Counted from the stretch's first letter, positions 27,893 to 38,190 are shown. The stretch is 64,000 bases of DNA from a virus (IMGVR_UViG_3300021963_000041:32001-96000), one strand, 5' to 3'. A program made the numbers and translations. The notes: generated by a model from the sequence alone, not told the origin.

Positions 27893-27926
27893 GATATCTT
27901 TTGCTAATAAATATCACGAGTTGGGA

Positions 27927-29228
27927 TTAAACGCTAAGGTTTTTGTAAGTGGTACCGTGCTTTATCTTGATTGGGAACTTCTCGAGATCAATTGCTTGAG
28001 GGATAACTTCCTCCAACAACCACGGAATCTGATCTGCTGGTGTATCGAATAGAATACTATCGTATGTGTATAGTACTGGCTTTACCTCACTATTCTCCAA
28101 TAGCTTATGCATCTTATTTAAGATAAGTACGTTTGTCTCAGTCTCATACATCTGCACAAAGTAATTGAATAATGTATATAAGGTTATGTCCTGATAATTG
28201 CTTAGTATCAGTCTTCTACCTGATATTGGACTTTCAATGTAGCCATCCTCCTCAGCCTTACTCCATAGATACTTTGCCATGTCGTTTGTCTTACTAAAGA
28301 ATGGAATGTGTAGGTATTGTTGTTGGATACCGCCATACAATTGTCTGAAGGTTCCTTCCTTAGCTTCTTCAATCTGTTCCTGAGTTGGATTATCTGTGTT
28401 ATGATAGTGACACGCTAAGTGTTCATATACATTATCGCTACCAAAGTCATAACCAATAATCTGAGCAATCAATCTTGGGTGATAAGAGTTAAAGTCAATC
28501 TCTACTAACGTACCTGGATCATATCTCGTTTGAAATACTGCTCTTGTCTCATCTTCTTTATTCAATGCTGCAAAGTTGATTCCACCAAAGCGATTACTAG
28601 GTCTTCCCGTTGTTGTGTAGAAGTTGTACTGAGTGTAGCAATACTCCTTATTCAGACTTAATGTTTGTCCAAACCGTTCTACAAACTTATCACGATTGAC
28701 ATTGATACCATTACTTTCTATACGATAGAAGGCCTCAGCTAATTCGTTTTGATAGAAGCTTAAACCAGGTTGAGTAATTTTAACCCAACTATCTTCGAAG
28801 ATTGATAATGCAATCTCTTCATGCTTGTATAGAGGTACTAAACTATTGACCTTATAGAAGTTTTGGTATTGTCTATTGTAGTGGTTTATGATAGTTGGTG
28901 TATCAGGTGTATATGGTTGGTTGGTATATAGGTAATACTGCATATTGCAATCTATAAATTGAGATACATCATAACCTACATATCTCATGCTCATACAGTT
29001 ATAGCAATATACTTTACGATCTTTTAGAAAGGATAGGTCATTGGAATTGTAGATGCCTTCAGGGTGTCCGTTGCTGATTGTTATAGTGTTACGGGTGTCC
29101 GTATCAATCAACACAAAACCAATAATCTTATTGAAGTGGTTGTGTAATCTACTATCCTCCACAATAGGATATAGGAATACAGACTGAGCTGTAAAATCCT
29201 GTAACTGCTGAATAGTATCCATAACCAT
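27927..29228 (-). CDS. second, short family-A DNA polymerase-like protein
   Basis: TTTGRPSN, motif A IDFNSYHPRL, motif B KEGTFRQLYGG, motif C YTYDSILFD. Confidence 0.8.
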   Translation of the reverse strand: MVMDTIQQLQDFTAQSVFLYPIVEDSRLHNHFNKIIGFVLIDTDTRNTITISNGHPEGIYNSNDLSFLKDRKVYCYNCMSMRYVGYDVSQFIDCNMQYYLYTNQPYTPDTPTIINHYNRQYQNFYKVNSLVPLYKHEEIALSIFEDSWVKITQPGLSFYQNELAEAFYRIESNGINVNRDKFVERFGQTLSLNKEYCYTQYNFYTTTGRPSNRFGGINFAALNKEDETRAVFQTRYDPGTLVEIDFNSYHPRLIAQIIGYDFGSDNVYEHLACHYHNTDNPTQEQIEEAKEGTFRQLYGGIQQQYLHIPFFSKTNDMAKYLWSKAEEDGYIESPISGRRLILSNYQDITLYTLFNYFVQMYETETNVLILNKMHKLLENSEVKPVLYTYDSILFDTPADQIPWLLEEVIPQAIDLEKFPIKIKHGTTYKNLSV

Positions 29229-29259
29229 ATGGACAACTATACGTAACTTATTTCAATTA

Positions 29260-29832
29260 TCAAACTAAAGTGATACGGGCAAACTCTAAAAAGTTTCGAA
29301 CTGCATAGTTTACACTAGGTACTCGGAGAGATGCTTTGTATAGCTCCATCTCATTGTGTGATATAATGTCCGACCTTTTGCCAGTCAACTTCCACCGAAC
29401 TACAACCGACGGATATAAACCACCATCAATTCCACCCCTCTTTCCAATAAGGTTGTATTGATCTTGATTAATTTCTATTGCATAACTCATGTCATCCTCA
29501 AGCTTCTCAACAAAGTATCTGTTATCATACCCTACAGTATAATCTTGTTCAGTAGGTATGTAGAGGTATGGTTTTGGTTCTACGTAGTTTAAAACAGTGA
29601 CATCAAAATTCTTTAAACGATCATATACGTAGTGGTCTGGATTAGTGTACAGTCTCTGCAACACACGATTACCAGGATTAGCAACTGGTCCCGTCTTAGG
29701 AACAGACCCAATAAGATGATATTCACCAACATATTCAACACCATCCAAACTAAACTCACCACCCTTCGTATAGAGATGGGTGTTGTCATTTCGACCTGGT
29801 GAAAATTCGCTGACTCTTCTATTGACTGCCAT
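29260..29832 (-). CDS. hypothetical protein (baseplate region)
   Basis: 190 aa, LYTKGGEF...YVGEYH. Confidence 0.65.
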   Translation of the reverse strand: MAVNRRVSEFSPGRNDNTHLYTKGGEFSLDGVEYVGEYHLIGSVPKTGPVANPGNRVLQRLYTNPDHYVYDRLKNFDVTVLNYVEPKPYLYIPTEQDYTVGYDNRYFVEKLEDDMSYAIEINQDQYNLIGKRGGIDGGLYPSVVVRWKLTGKRSDIISHNEMELYKASLRVPSVNYAVRNFLEFARITLV

Positions 29833-31799
29833 TACTTATATCTCATTACTGTGTTTACTGTAGTAGTCCAATCGTTTGCTGTGATGCTATGCTCTACAGC
29901 TGTAACTTGCCAATCGTAAGCGCTTCTCACTTCGGATGGAATACGATCACTAGATACCATCTGACCAAAGGAGAAACCACCAATCCCATCTGTTGTGAAG
30001 CTAAACTCAAATGGAACAATCATACCTTTGCAATGATCATCGTCGCCAGCATTTACAGATTTTCCATAAGCTTCAATGATAGCCGACCTTGCAGCTGATG
30101 CTGTTGTGTCATTTACCTCCTCACCAAGATTATCAAACAATTCGGCAAACGAAGGTTTCTTTTCATTTGGTGCAGCTCCCTCACAATCACACTTTGGTGG
30201 ATCTGTTGCCGGTGGTGCTGCTAAATTCTTGTAACTGTTTCCCATTGTAAATCCTTTCAACGCATTTGCTCCACAGTTTCCTCCGGACTCTGTTTTTGCC
30301 TTTTGTTGTTTAGATCCACCCGCATACAGTGCCTGAGTTTTCATATTCTCAGTCATCTTCATATCCAGTTTCATTTCACGTAACGCAGAAGCCTTACCAC
30401 CAATGGCTTTTGATGGTACTTGATAAGCTGGAGCTGGATCATAGATTTTTGCATCTATCACAGAGATGGTTGGTACTTTCTTTGGGTCTGAGCAATCCTC
30501 ACTAGTAGACACTACTTCAAACTCCCACAAGTTTCCACAACAATCGTTAATTTTTCTCAATACGTTTTGTAGGAATGTCGTTAGTTTTGGATCGCCTCCA
30601 CTTTCAACAGAATCCAATTCAAGCATAAGAAAAACCGTATTAATCATTATGTTATCTAGTATAACCTTATTCCCCTGAATAGCTGACGCTCCTCCTCCTC
30701 CAACTGGTTTAGCTATTGTGCTGGCTTTGGACGTACCTGGAATAATACAAATTCTTGGGTCTGATGATTCTAAACTTGGGTGATTTGATATTAGCATGTC
30801 ATTGCTCGAAAGCTTTCCAATAGTGTATTTACCTCCCGTTGTAGGAATACAAAATCTATTAATTGCCGCTTCTAGTGTGGCATACGATATGTATCCTTCT
30901 GTAGCGTCAACCTCATTACCTATGACAGCACCAACTAGACCACCCTCGTACCAGCTAGAATCATCACCACCCTTATCTGTACGTTGTGGACCTAAATAGT
31001 TGTATTGTGCTATTACAGCAGTCTTACCATCTTGGCTTGCAACAGTTTGCAGGCCTGGCAAATACTTAGGTTTAGCTGTTTCAAAGTTTTCCCACAAATC
31101 ATGAAAAAACGTATACAAATCTGACTTATTTTCTACAGCGCTTTTTTCTTCTCCGTTTTCTTCGTTTTTATATTCTCGAGCACAATCTGGGCAATTATAT
31201 GTTGCTACCTTACTTCCACCAACAGCCTCTGATGCAGCTATCACCTCAATACTACAATCCCAAGTATTATCCCTAGTTAAGCTATATGAGAAGTTTGCTA
31301 CAATTCCTTGAATACCTGCGTAGTGTGTTTGTGATTCTGCTCGCTTATTCATTGCGCAAATTGCAATTGGATCGGCTGTATCCCTTCCTAGACCAATTGG
31401 ACCTAAACTCTTTGTTCCAGCTGCATCCACATTCCATCCCCATTCAACTCTACAACCCATTCCAGGAATAAAGTAGCATTTTTGCAACTCCCTAAGCTGA
31501 TCGTCTGAGAATGCTGTTAGCTTAATTGTAGCTTTTCGTGTTGTACCCAACTCACCTTGCTTTTTAACATCAACACCAGTTACTACTGGAAGTGGTCGAA
31601 CATAATTTGTTTCATAAAGAGGTCCGTTAGCTTTACTCGATAGTGTTACAAATTTACCGCCACAACCACCCGACAAGCTAGTGACATGAATCCATGGCAT
31701 GCGTTTTGCAGCCCAGGTAACACCCAACTGTGTACCACGACGATCAAGCTCAGCCTGCGTTGATCCAGGCACTGATTTTTTTCCAAAGGGACTACCCAT
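29832..31799 (-). CDS. putative baseplate hub protein
   Basis: Position after LysM/gp53-like gene; VEWGW and C-terminal GIGGF.FG...QVTAVEH.I...WTT hub-like motifs. Confidence 0.55.
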   Translation of the reverse strand: MGSPFGKKSVPGSTQAELDRRGTQLGVTWAAKRMPWIHVTSLSGGCGGKFVTLSSKANGPLYETNYVRPLPVVTGVDVKKQGELGTTRKATIKLTAFSDDQLRELQKCYFIPGMGCRVEWGWNVDAAGTKSLGPIGLGRDTADPIAICAMNKRAESQTHYAGIQGIVANFSYSLTRDNTWDCSIEVIAASEAVGGSKVATYNCPDCAREYKNEENGEEKSAVENKSDLYTFFHDLWENFETAKPKYLPGLQTVASQDGKTAVIAQYNYLGPQRTDKGGDDSSWYEGGLVGAVIGNEVDATEGYISYATLEAAINRFCIPTTGGKYTIGKLSSNDMLISNHPSLESSDPRICIIPGTSKASTIAKPVGGGGASAIQGNKVILDNIMINTVFLMLELDSVESGGDPKLTTFLQNVLRKINDCCGNLWEFEVVSTSEDCSDPKKVPTISVIDAKIYDPAPAYQVPSKAIGGKASALREMKLDMKMTENMKTQALYAGGSKQQKAKTESGGNCGANALKGFTMGNSYKNLAAPPATDPPKCDCEGAAPNEKKPSFAELFDNLGEEVNDTTASAARSAIIEAYGKSVNAGDDDHCKGMIVPFEFSFTTDGIGGFSFGQMVSSDRIPSEVRSAYDWQVTAVEHSITANDWTTTVNTVMRYK

Positions 31800-31803
31800 A
31801 ACC

Positions 31804-32103
31804 TTAACTATTTAATGTTTCGTATTCTTGAATGATTGTCGCTATGTTTCTTGGTATTCTTAATTGTATGCCTATTGGTAAATTTAGATCACCCTTTCCA
31901 ACTTCGTTAGCTTGTGCAATAATCCACCAGTAGCCTACATTGCCATAGTACTTGTTAGATAATAAATCCAACCTATCACCAATAGTGGTGATTATATACG
32001 TGTCGTCTAAACTACGTGGAATGGGTGGATAGATGATGGAACGGACTACACGCTTTCCATTGTCTCCAGTTTTTTGTGGTATGGTTTCGTATCTGTTTAT
32101 CAT
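31804..32103 (-). CDS. LysM-like baseplate wedge protein (gp53/P2 gpX-like)
   Basis: GDRLDLLSNKYYG...WWIIAQAN...G.QLRIP. Confidence 0.8.
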   Translation of the reverse strand: MINRYETIPQKTGDNGKRVVRSIIYPPIPRSLDDTYIITTIGDRLDLLSNKYYGNVGYWWIIAQANEVGKGDLNLPIGIQLRIPRNIATIIQEYETLNS

Positions 32104-34088
32104 CTGTAATTAAAATAATCGTTTGAAGATGCGTTTAATGGCTTACCACTAATATCTCCCAGAACAGCAAAGTCTAAAGATACATCCACCAATTGTGGCA
32201 CCTCTTTATCAATATCCCAAGAATAATCAGCCATCTGTACATCAAACTTAACCGAGTTAAATACAACCGGAGTATTTGTAAACCAATTACCTACAGTCAA
32301 TTTACACAACGGTCCTGCAATATACAAACCACCATCCAGTGGAGCACCAACTGCAGCAATCTTTGTTAATTTGTTTAGTTTAGCGTATTGCGCATTTAGG
32401 TCTGCAAGATTGAATGCTGCTACTTTAAAAGCTACACTTCCAGCTCTTGTTGCACCTTTGAAAGTCTTTAGCGTATCTTGACGACCAACATAATTTAAGT
32501 CGTTCCAAGAAACACTCCAGCCATCACTAAATGAAGTAATGAACGATCTAAATTTTACAGAACCTTGACCAGTCATTGAATCAATCTGCAATGTTACGAA
32601 GTCGTTAGATGCACCAGAATCAATACCTCTACGATTAACACTCGTACTAGTTTTTACATTGATACCTAAATCTTTACGGAAGTCTGGTCTTTGTTCTGAT
32701 GGATCGTTAGCTCTCTTTACGATTTGATCATACGTCAGTGTTTTGTATGATGCTAAACTTCCCTCATTACCAGTCGACTTTGGAAACTGTACCGTTTGTT
32801 TTATTAATGATGCTAGATTTTCAGTAGATGTACTAGCTCCTAAAGCTCTTGCTAAAGTGGTGTTTGGATTACGAACTAGTTGTCCACCAATCTTAACATA
32901 CTCAACACTCAGATAATTTTGAGCTTTATTATTGTTATCGTAATAAGCTGGTTTCGCAAATGCGTATTGCCAATCAATCCACACCATTAACACATCCTCA
33001 ACCTTTGCGGCATCCAGAGCGTTTGATAGTACTGGTGATACTTGACTACTTTTGTAATCGAAGTACTTACCATCTATTGGTGGTAGTTTTGTTGGTGCAG
33101 TTCCTTGGTTTGGTTTTACTGCTGTTTGAAAGTCTGTTCCTCTCAATATTGCACTACCATGCTTTATAGTAGGTGTGAAGAATGCCAAAGCTCTATCAGC
33201 TGCGTACTTCAGTACATTCAATATTGGTGACGTTCTTTCTGGTTGGAAAGTTATTTGTACCGGATCCTCACCACCTTGATTTGGTGTTGCTATTGGATTA
33301 GCAATCACAATGTTTGGAAACTCCAAAAGGTTTGTTGGTGGTGCTGGCGGTACTATTAAACTCGTTAGGTTATTAGCTTGGTCTGCCACTAACCCTTGTA
33401 GCAATGCTATGCTAGCTTGTCCTACTGAGTTTGTTGGATTAATGCCACCTTGCACCAAACTCTGAGAGCTGATGCTTATTGTTGGTACTACTAGTGATGA
33501 GTATGCACCATTGCTAAAATAAGTTCCTTGTAAAATTAAACTATCGTAATCTGGTACCTGCACATTAATAAATGAATAGTAGGTACCATTACTAAGAACC
33601 ATCCCTTGTGCTAATTCGCTTACAAAGGTTGGTATAGTTGGATTGACACCTCCCTGCGCTAAAGAAGCTGGTGGTGTTGATAATACTGTATTACTTGTAT
33701 GTGTAAATATTCCAAACGGAGTTATCTTAATGTAATCCGTATATAAGTCTGCTAAGAAGAATTGTGATAAGTGTGTTGTAGATCCTAACTTTGGTTGCTT
33801 TAATCTATCAGCCAAGTTAATTGAGGATCTAAATTTTACATTAACAAACGGTCTTGCTAGTTTGGAGATAGGCTCCGTATTAAAATTTCCAATTGTTGGA
33901 AAGCTAAACTTCTGTTGCTTTGATGCTGATGCTTTTAGAATCTGGCTATTAACCTTTACAGCTTCTGGTGTTAATTTTAAACTAGCACCTTCCACTTCCT
34001 TAGTTGGTTTTGGTAAACTAGGAGCCGTGTTGTAAGGACTTGCCTTCAACCTCTCTTCAAGACTTATTGTTTTAAATAGTTGAGCCAT
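32100..34088 (-). CDS. putative baseplate / tail-tube initiator protein
   Basis: C-terminal FRSFITSFSD...W....YVGR....P+CKLTVG tube-like domain; between tape measure and LysM gene. Confidence 0.55.
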   Translation of the reverse strand: MAQLFKTISLEERLKASPYNTAPSLPKPTKEVEGASLKLTPEAVKVNSQILKASASKQQKFSFPTIGNFNTEPISKLARPFVNVKFRSSINLADRLKQPKLGSTTHLSQFFLADLYTDYIKITPFGIFTHTSNTVLSTPPASLAQGGVNPTIPTFVSELAQGMVLSNGTYYSFINVQVPDYDSLILQGTYFSNGAYSSLVVPTISISSQSLVQGGINPTNSVGQASIALLQGLVADQANNLTSLIVPPAPPTNLLEFPNIVIANPIATPNQGGEDPVQITFQPERTSPILNVLKYAADRALAFFTPTIKHGSAILRGTDFQTAVKPNQGTAPTKLPPIDGKYFDYKSSQVSPVLSNALDAAKVEDVLMVWIDWQYAFAKPAYYDNNNKAQNYLSVEYVKIGGQLVRNPNTTLARALGASTSTENLASLIKQTVQFPKSTGNEGSLASYKTLTYDQIVKRANDPSEQRPDFRKDLGINVKTSTSVNRRGIDSGASNDFVTLQIDSMTGQGSVKFRSFITSFSDGWSVSWNDLNYVGRQDTLKTFKGATRAGSVAFKVAAFNLADLNAQYAKLNKLTKIAAVGAPLDGGLYIAGPLCKLTVGNWFTNTPVVFNSVKFDVQMADYSWDIDKEVPQLVDVSLDFAVLGDISGKPLNASSNDYFNYR

Positions 34089-36670
34089 TATCTAATTCCT
34101 GATGAGTTTAATCCTAAACGTACTACTTCACCAACCTTCTTACCATCCATCTTAACTTCACCACCTGATGAAGCTACTGCTATAAGTTGATCCATTTTTG
34201 CAATCAACGTATCCATCTTATCTTCGTCTTCACCACCGCCACCAAACATTCCACCAATTGCCATTCCCAAACCTGCTAAGGCTGGTGCTACAACTGCTAA
34301 TCCTGTCAACGCTGCAATTACTGGTAATGCTGCAAGACCTGCTATTGCCATTACTCCTAGACCAGCTCCAATAGATACAATAGACATTGCAACCAATCCC
34401 AATCCTGCTGACTGTAATGCTAAGTTTGTTAAGCTAGCAAACACATCCATACCACCTTGTGCAGCTTGTAGTACAGCTAAACCTCCAGCTACTGCAATCA
34501 TACCAACACCTAATGCTGCTAATGCTGCTGCTCCTAGAGTTATAGGAATTATTAAGAATCCTAATCCTGCTGCTGCTAATGCTAGTAGTGGCAATGCAAT
34601 ACTAAATGCTGCCATTTGTTTAATATCTATACCACCTAACATGCTAAATGCAAATGCCGCTGGAATCAATGCTGCTCCCAATATTACCATTGCGACAGCA
34701 CCTTGTATAATTTGTCCCCCTAATTTACCTAGGATGGCTACCGTTAATCCTAACATACTCAAAGACCCAGCTACAGCTAACATCTGAACCGGATCTTGAT
34801 CTCCTAGCATCATCATTGCAACTGCAAATGATCCACCTAGAGCAATACCCGTAATACCTAAAGCAACGGCACCCTTAACAACATTAGCAAACTGCTTACC
34901 GATACTAGCTAAGCCATCTCCTAATCCTTTAAGGAAACCTTTTACACCGCCTCCTTTTTTTGCATCCGATCCTTTCGTCTTATCTGATAAACTTTTGGTT
35001 TGATCTGTAGCTGTTTCAGATAACTTGTCTACGGCACCACCACCCTTACCAAAAAGCTTTCCTGCAGTAGCTTTCCATGCCCAATGAGCTTTCTCTTTTA
35101 CCCAGTGTGCTACATCTGATGCATATCCTTTAACTTTGGTTAGGTTCATGTTTTGTAAAAACTGAAGACTGGTGAGCAATAGCAAGCCATTTTCTTTAAA
35201 GAAAGAAGCTCCCTTACTACCATACTCTGTCAAATAACCCAAAGCATTCATTCCTATACTAGTACCTTCGCCAAAATATTTATTTGACTCTTCTTGAGCA
35301 TCAATAGACTTTTGCAATTCCTCTACTGTCATTCCAGTAGCTTCTGCTAAAGCTTTCTTCTGCATTACGTTCATTTTTTCGAACTCAGCAGCTCCACCAA
35401 TATTTGCAAGTACTTCTTTAGTTGATCCCTCAAGATCACCATTCAAAGCTAACTCTCGAGCTTTATCCAAATTAATTTCTCTACCCAACAATACAGATGC
35501 CTCCATCTGCTTATTGATACTACTCTCAAAATCCAATAAGCCATCCGCCATCTTAGCAGCTGTACCTATTTCAACTCCCATCTTATGAAGTTGGATAGCA
35601 GATTCACCAAATGCTTTAGCACCACCCTTACCATATAAAGCCATTGCTCCAGTATTTGCGGCCATGTCTTTCATAATTTTACCTGGTGCAATTCCTTGAA
35701 GCTCAGCCATATGACCTACGTGCTCCATTGCGTGTGCTGCAGTTTCAGCTGTCTCACCTGGCATCTCAGACAAAGATGCGTTTAGTTTAGCTGCCTCAGC
35801 TCCAGCAATACCGAAGTGTACAGCCATCTTACCAAGCTCATTCACAGTGTCACCACTAAGTGCATTGACGTTTCCGTATTGCTCAATGACACCATTCATA
35901 ACACCTTGGGTATCCGATAAACCTGCTATAGATGCAAACGACATTGTTTTCATTTGAGCTTCCATAGCTTGGCCGGCAGAGAGTCCTTGTTTCTTAAACT
36001 CTTCAAAACCTTCAACACCCTTCTCAATTCCTTTGACAGCTTCATTGAGTAAGAAAGCTCCCATCACTTTTGGATCACGAGCAATAGCTTTTGCTGTCTC
36101 TGAAATCTTAGTAAAACTCTTTTTCCAAGATTCAGCTTCTTCTATAATCTCAAGCTGCTTTGCTGCTATCTCTTCGTATAACTCAACCTCCTCTTTTACA
36201 TGCTTAACTCTTTTTTGATCCTCTTGAAGACGCTTAATGTGCATATCATATATGCCTTCTGTAATTGCGCCTTGATCAAGTAGTAGTTGTAAATTTTTAG
36301 CTTGTTCTGCGTACTCATCTGTCAAACCATGCTTAACCATCTGCTGCTTCAAAACCAAATCTGCCATAGACCGGTTTCTTGATGCAGCCATTTCATTAGC
36401 TGTTTCTAATACCTGCTTTGTTAAATTTTCTAATTGCAACCTCTCCTTCGTTCCTTCCTTCATCTTCTCTATCGACTTGTTAAGAGAAGTGACTAAACCG
36501 TTCTGCTGACCTAATATAAAGTTAGATCGCTTAGCTTCCTCAGTTGCTCCAGTTAGAGATTTACTATACAAGGAACCCATAGCGTATAGCTCTTTCATCT
36601 CCTTCTTAGCCATACCTAAGGCTTTGCGGAGTTCGTTAACTAAGTCTGGGTTTATAGATTCATCTTGCAT
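34088..36670 (-). CDS. tail tape measure protein
   Basis: 860 aa helical protein; Ala/Gly-rich hydrophobic repeats; C-terminal VKMDGKKVG; canonical position. Confidence 0.85.
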   Translation of the reverse strand: MQDESINPDLVNELRKALGMAKKEMKELYAMGSLYSKSLTGATEEAKRSNFILGQQNGLVTSLNKSIEKMKEGTKERLQLENLTKQVLETANEMAASRNRSMADLVLKQQMVKHGLTDEYAEQAKNLQLLLDQGAITEGIYDMHIKRLQEDQKRVKHVKEEVELYEEIAAKQLEIIEEAESWKKSFTKISETAKAIARDPKVMGAFLLNEAVKGIEKGVEGFEEFKKQGLSAGQAMEAQMKTMSFASIAGLSDTQGVMNGVIEQYGNVNALSGDTVNELGKMAVHFGIAGAEAAKLNASLSEMPGETAETAAHAMEHVGHMAELQGIAPGKIMKDMAANTGAMALYGKGGAKAFGESAIQLHKMGVEIGTAAKMADGLLDFESSINKQMEASVLLGREINLDKARELALNGDLEGSTKEVLANIGGAAEFEKMNVMQKKALAEATGMTVEELQKSIDAQEESNKYFGEGTSIGMNALGYLTEYGSKGASFFKENGLLLLTSLQFLQNMNLTKVKGYASDVAHWVKEKAHWAWKATAGKLFGKGGGAVDKLSETATDQTKSLSDKTKGSDAKKGGGVKGFLKGLGDGLASIGKQFANVVKGAVALGITGIALGGSFAVAMMMLGDQDPVQMLAVAGSLSMLGLTVAILGKLGGQIIQGAVAMVILGAALIPAAFAFSMLGGIDIKQMAAFSIALPLLALAAAGLGFLIIPITLGAAALAALGVGMIAVAGGLAVLQAAQGGMDVFASLTNLALQSAGLGLVAMSIVSIGAGLGVMAIAGLAALPVIAALTGLAVVAPALAGLGMAIGGMFGGGGEDEDKMDTLIAKMDQLIAVASSGGEVKMDGKKVGEVVRLGLNSSGIR

Positions 36671-36673
36671 CTA

Positions 36674-36976
36674 TTAATATCGTTTTGCACGTTGTGTTGC
36701 TAGTGCTCTAAGAAATCGTGGGTCTTTATCTAGGAGTGTGTTAATTCTACTTTCTAAATCTCTTGATGTGATTTTAAGATCCTTTGCTAATCTTAGCAGT
36801 TTTGGATCTGAAGATAATGCTCCGCTTAAACCCTTTGCTCGTCTATCAATGATATCGTAAGCAACCTTTCTACCAACACCAGTCATCCAACCAACGATGT
36901 CTTCATTGATCTTGTGATTTTGTAATTCCTCACGAATCAACTTCTGAATCAGTTCTTGAACTTTGTTGTTTGCCAT
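36674..36976 (-). CDS. hypothetical protein, possible internal head protein
   Basis: LIQKLIREEL...KINE N-terminus; late motif upstream. Confidence 0.6.
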   Translation of the reverse strand: MANNKVQELIQKLIREELQNHKINEDIVGWMTGVGRKVAYDIIDRRAKGLSGALSSDPKLLRLAKDLKITSRDLESRINTLLDKDPRFLRALATQRAKRY

Positions 36977-37002
36977 GGAGTTATTTTCATATAAATATTG
37001 TC

Positions 37003-37034
37003 AAAAAAGGAAAGCCAACCGAAGTTGGCTTTTA
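37003..37034 (-). terminator. intrinsic terminator
   Basis: AAAGCCAAC-TTCG-GTTGGCTTT then T-rich tract on minus strand. Confidence 0.85.
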
Positions 37035-37250
37035 TTATCTCTTTCCAGATTTTGCTTTTTCGTATGCTGCTTTTTCTGCCTCATGTTCTTTCTTTTTAAC
37101 ATCTGCCAACTTGAGGTAGAAGTATCTTCTAAGGTGTACTGGTAAAGTGTATAGGTCGTTGTAAGTCCAACCCATTTTTCCATAGTACATAAGATCAAAA
37201 ATCTGATCTTGTAGAATGGGCCTGTAATCAGACCCCAGGCCAAAAAAACC
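37035..37250 (-). CDS. frameshift extension of tail/baseplate assembly chaperone (gp51-like / lambda gpT-analogous)
   Basis: Open +1 frame FGLGSDYRPILQDQIFDLMYYGKMGWTYNDLYTLPVHLRRYFYLKL...KSGKR*, bounded upstream by TAG and starting at a T7 run. Confidence 0.65.
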   Translation of the reverse strand, partial: GFFGLGSDYRPILQDQIFDLMYYGKMGWTYNDLYTLPVHLRRYFYLKLADVKKKEHEAEKAAYEKAKSGKR

Positions 37251-38103
37251 CTACTCCAATGGGCAACGCCATCTTTTCTTGTTCAAAGCCACAACTCGGA
37301 CACTCAAATGAGAATGTTGTATCGATATCTGGAGTAATCTCTTTTAGGTATTTGCGTAGTTCTAAAGAATCTCTAGACAACATACTATCAACAAATTTGT
37401 TTACTACAGCTCTATCTGTCTCCCCTTCAACAGCTACGATCATATGTTTCAATCGTGTTGAAAGCTCAGGATCAACTCCCGTAAGACGACTTAGCTTTTT
37501 AGTAGCCTTGATAGCATCTTCAATTTTCTTTTCATCACCGTGAGTTAAAAACTTCAATGTAATCTCTTTTTTGGAGATTGGTAATGTGAAATTGTGTGTT
37601 GTTTGACCTTTTGTAAAGCGATCCCAATCGATCTCCTTATCTTCAAATTGTTGAAGGTCAATTACATGATTTGACTTTTCACCACAACTTGGACAAGTGA
37701 TCTCTACCTCATAATCTTTACCATACGCAAGAATACGAGCTGCAATAAAGATTGCGTTTTTGTCAACAGTTAACAAGTCGTTGAAGTTAATTTTTGTAAC
37801 AATCAATGATTGCAACAACTTATCTAATACAATACCTTGTTTGATAAGACTCTGCGATGTTAGGATATCCTCCTCCTTAGCAGTCATATACTTCATCTCA
37901 ATAGTACCACCTGATAATGGATGTCCTTCTGGATAGAAGTATCCTTTACTTGGAAGTGGAATTATCTCCGTTGGTGTATCTGATTTAGTGAAAGTTTCAA
38001 CAGCTCCTGTGTTGATTGAGTCTGCCAAGAATTTGGCTTTGATCTCTTCGTCTGTTAGTTGGCGATTGTTTGTTGGGTAATCGTCGTTTACAACTTTTGT
38101 CAT
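37228..38103 (-). CDS. baseplate hub / tail assembly chaperone (T4 gp26-like)
   Basis: LPSKG..Y, MTAKEEDIL, R..YG..Y, CPSCG twice, FFWP C-terminus; between tube and tape measure. Confidence 0.8.
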   Translation of the reverse strand: MTKVVNDDYPTNNRQLTDEEIKAKFLADSINTGAVETFTKSDTPTEIIPLPSKGYFYPEGHPLSGGTIEMKYMTAKEEDILTSQSLIKQGIVLDKLLQSLIVTKINFNDLLTVDKNAIFIAARILAYGKDYEVEITCPSCGEKSNHVIDLQQFEDKEIDWDRFTKGQTTHNFTLPISKKEITLKFLTHGDEKKIEDAIKATKKLSRLTGVDPELSTRLKHMIVAVEGETDRAVVNKFVDSMLSRDSLELRKYLKEITPDIDTTFSFECPSCGFEQEKMALPIGVGFFWPGV

Positions 38104-38155
38104 ATTGATAAAACTATTTTAGTAACTATGGTTCTCCTATAAATATACGCAAATA

Positions 38156-38190
38156 AAAAAAGAAAGCCAACAGTTAAGTCAGCTTTCTTT
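38156..38190 (-). terminator. intrinsic terminator after tail tube gene
   Basis: AAAGAAAGC...GCTTTCTTT hairpin with T-tract. Confidence 0.7.

Noticed and set aside
37001-37243. ORF-track 80 aa ORF MAWGLITG... (-1 frame of the chaperone)
   Set aside because: It runs through the terminator and lacks protein-like character; the +1 frame gives the credible product
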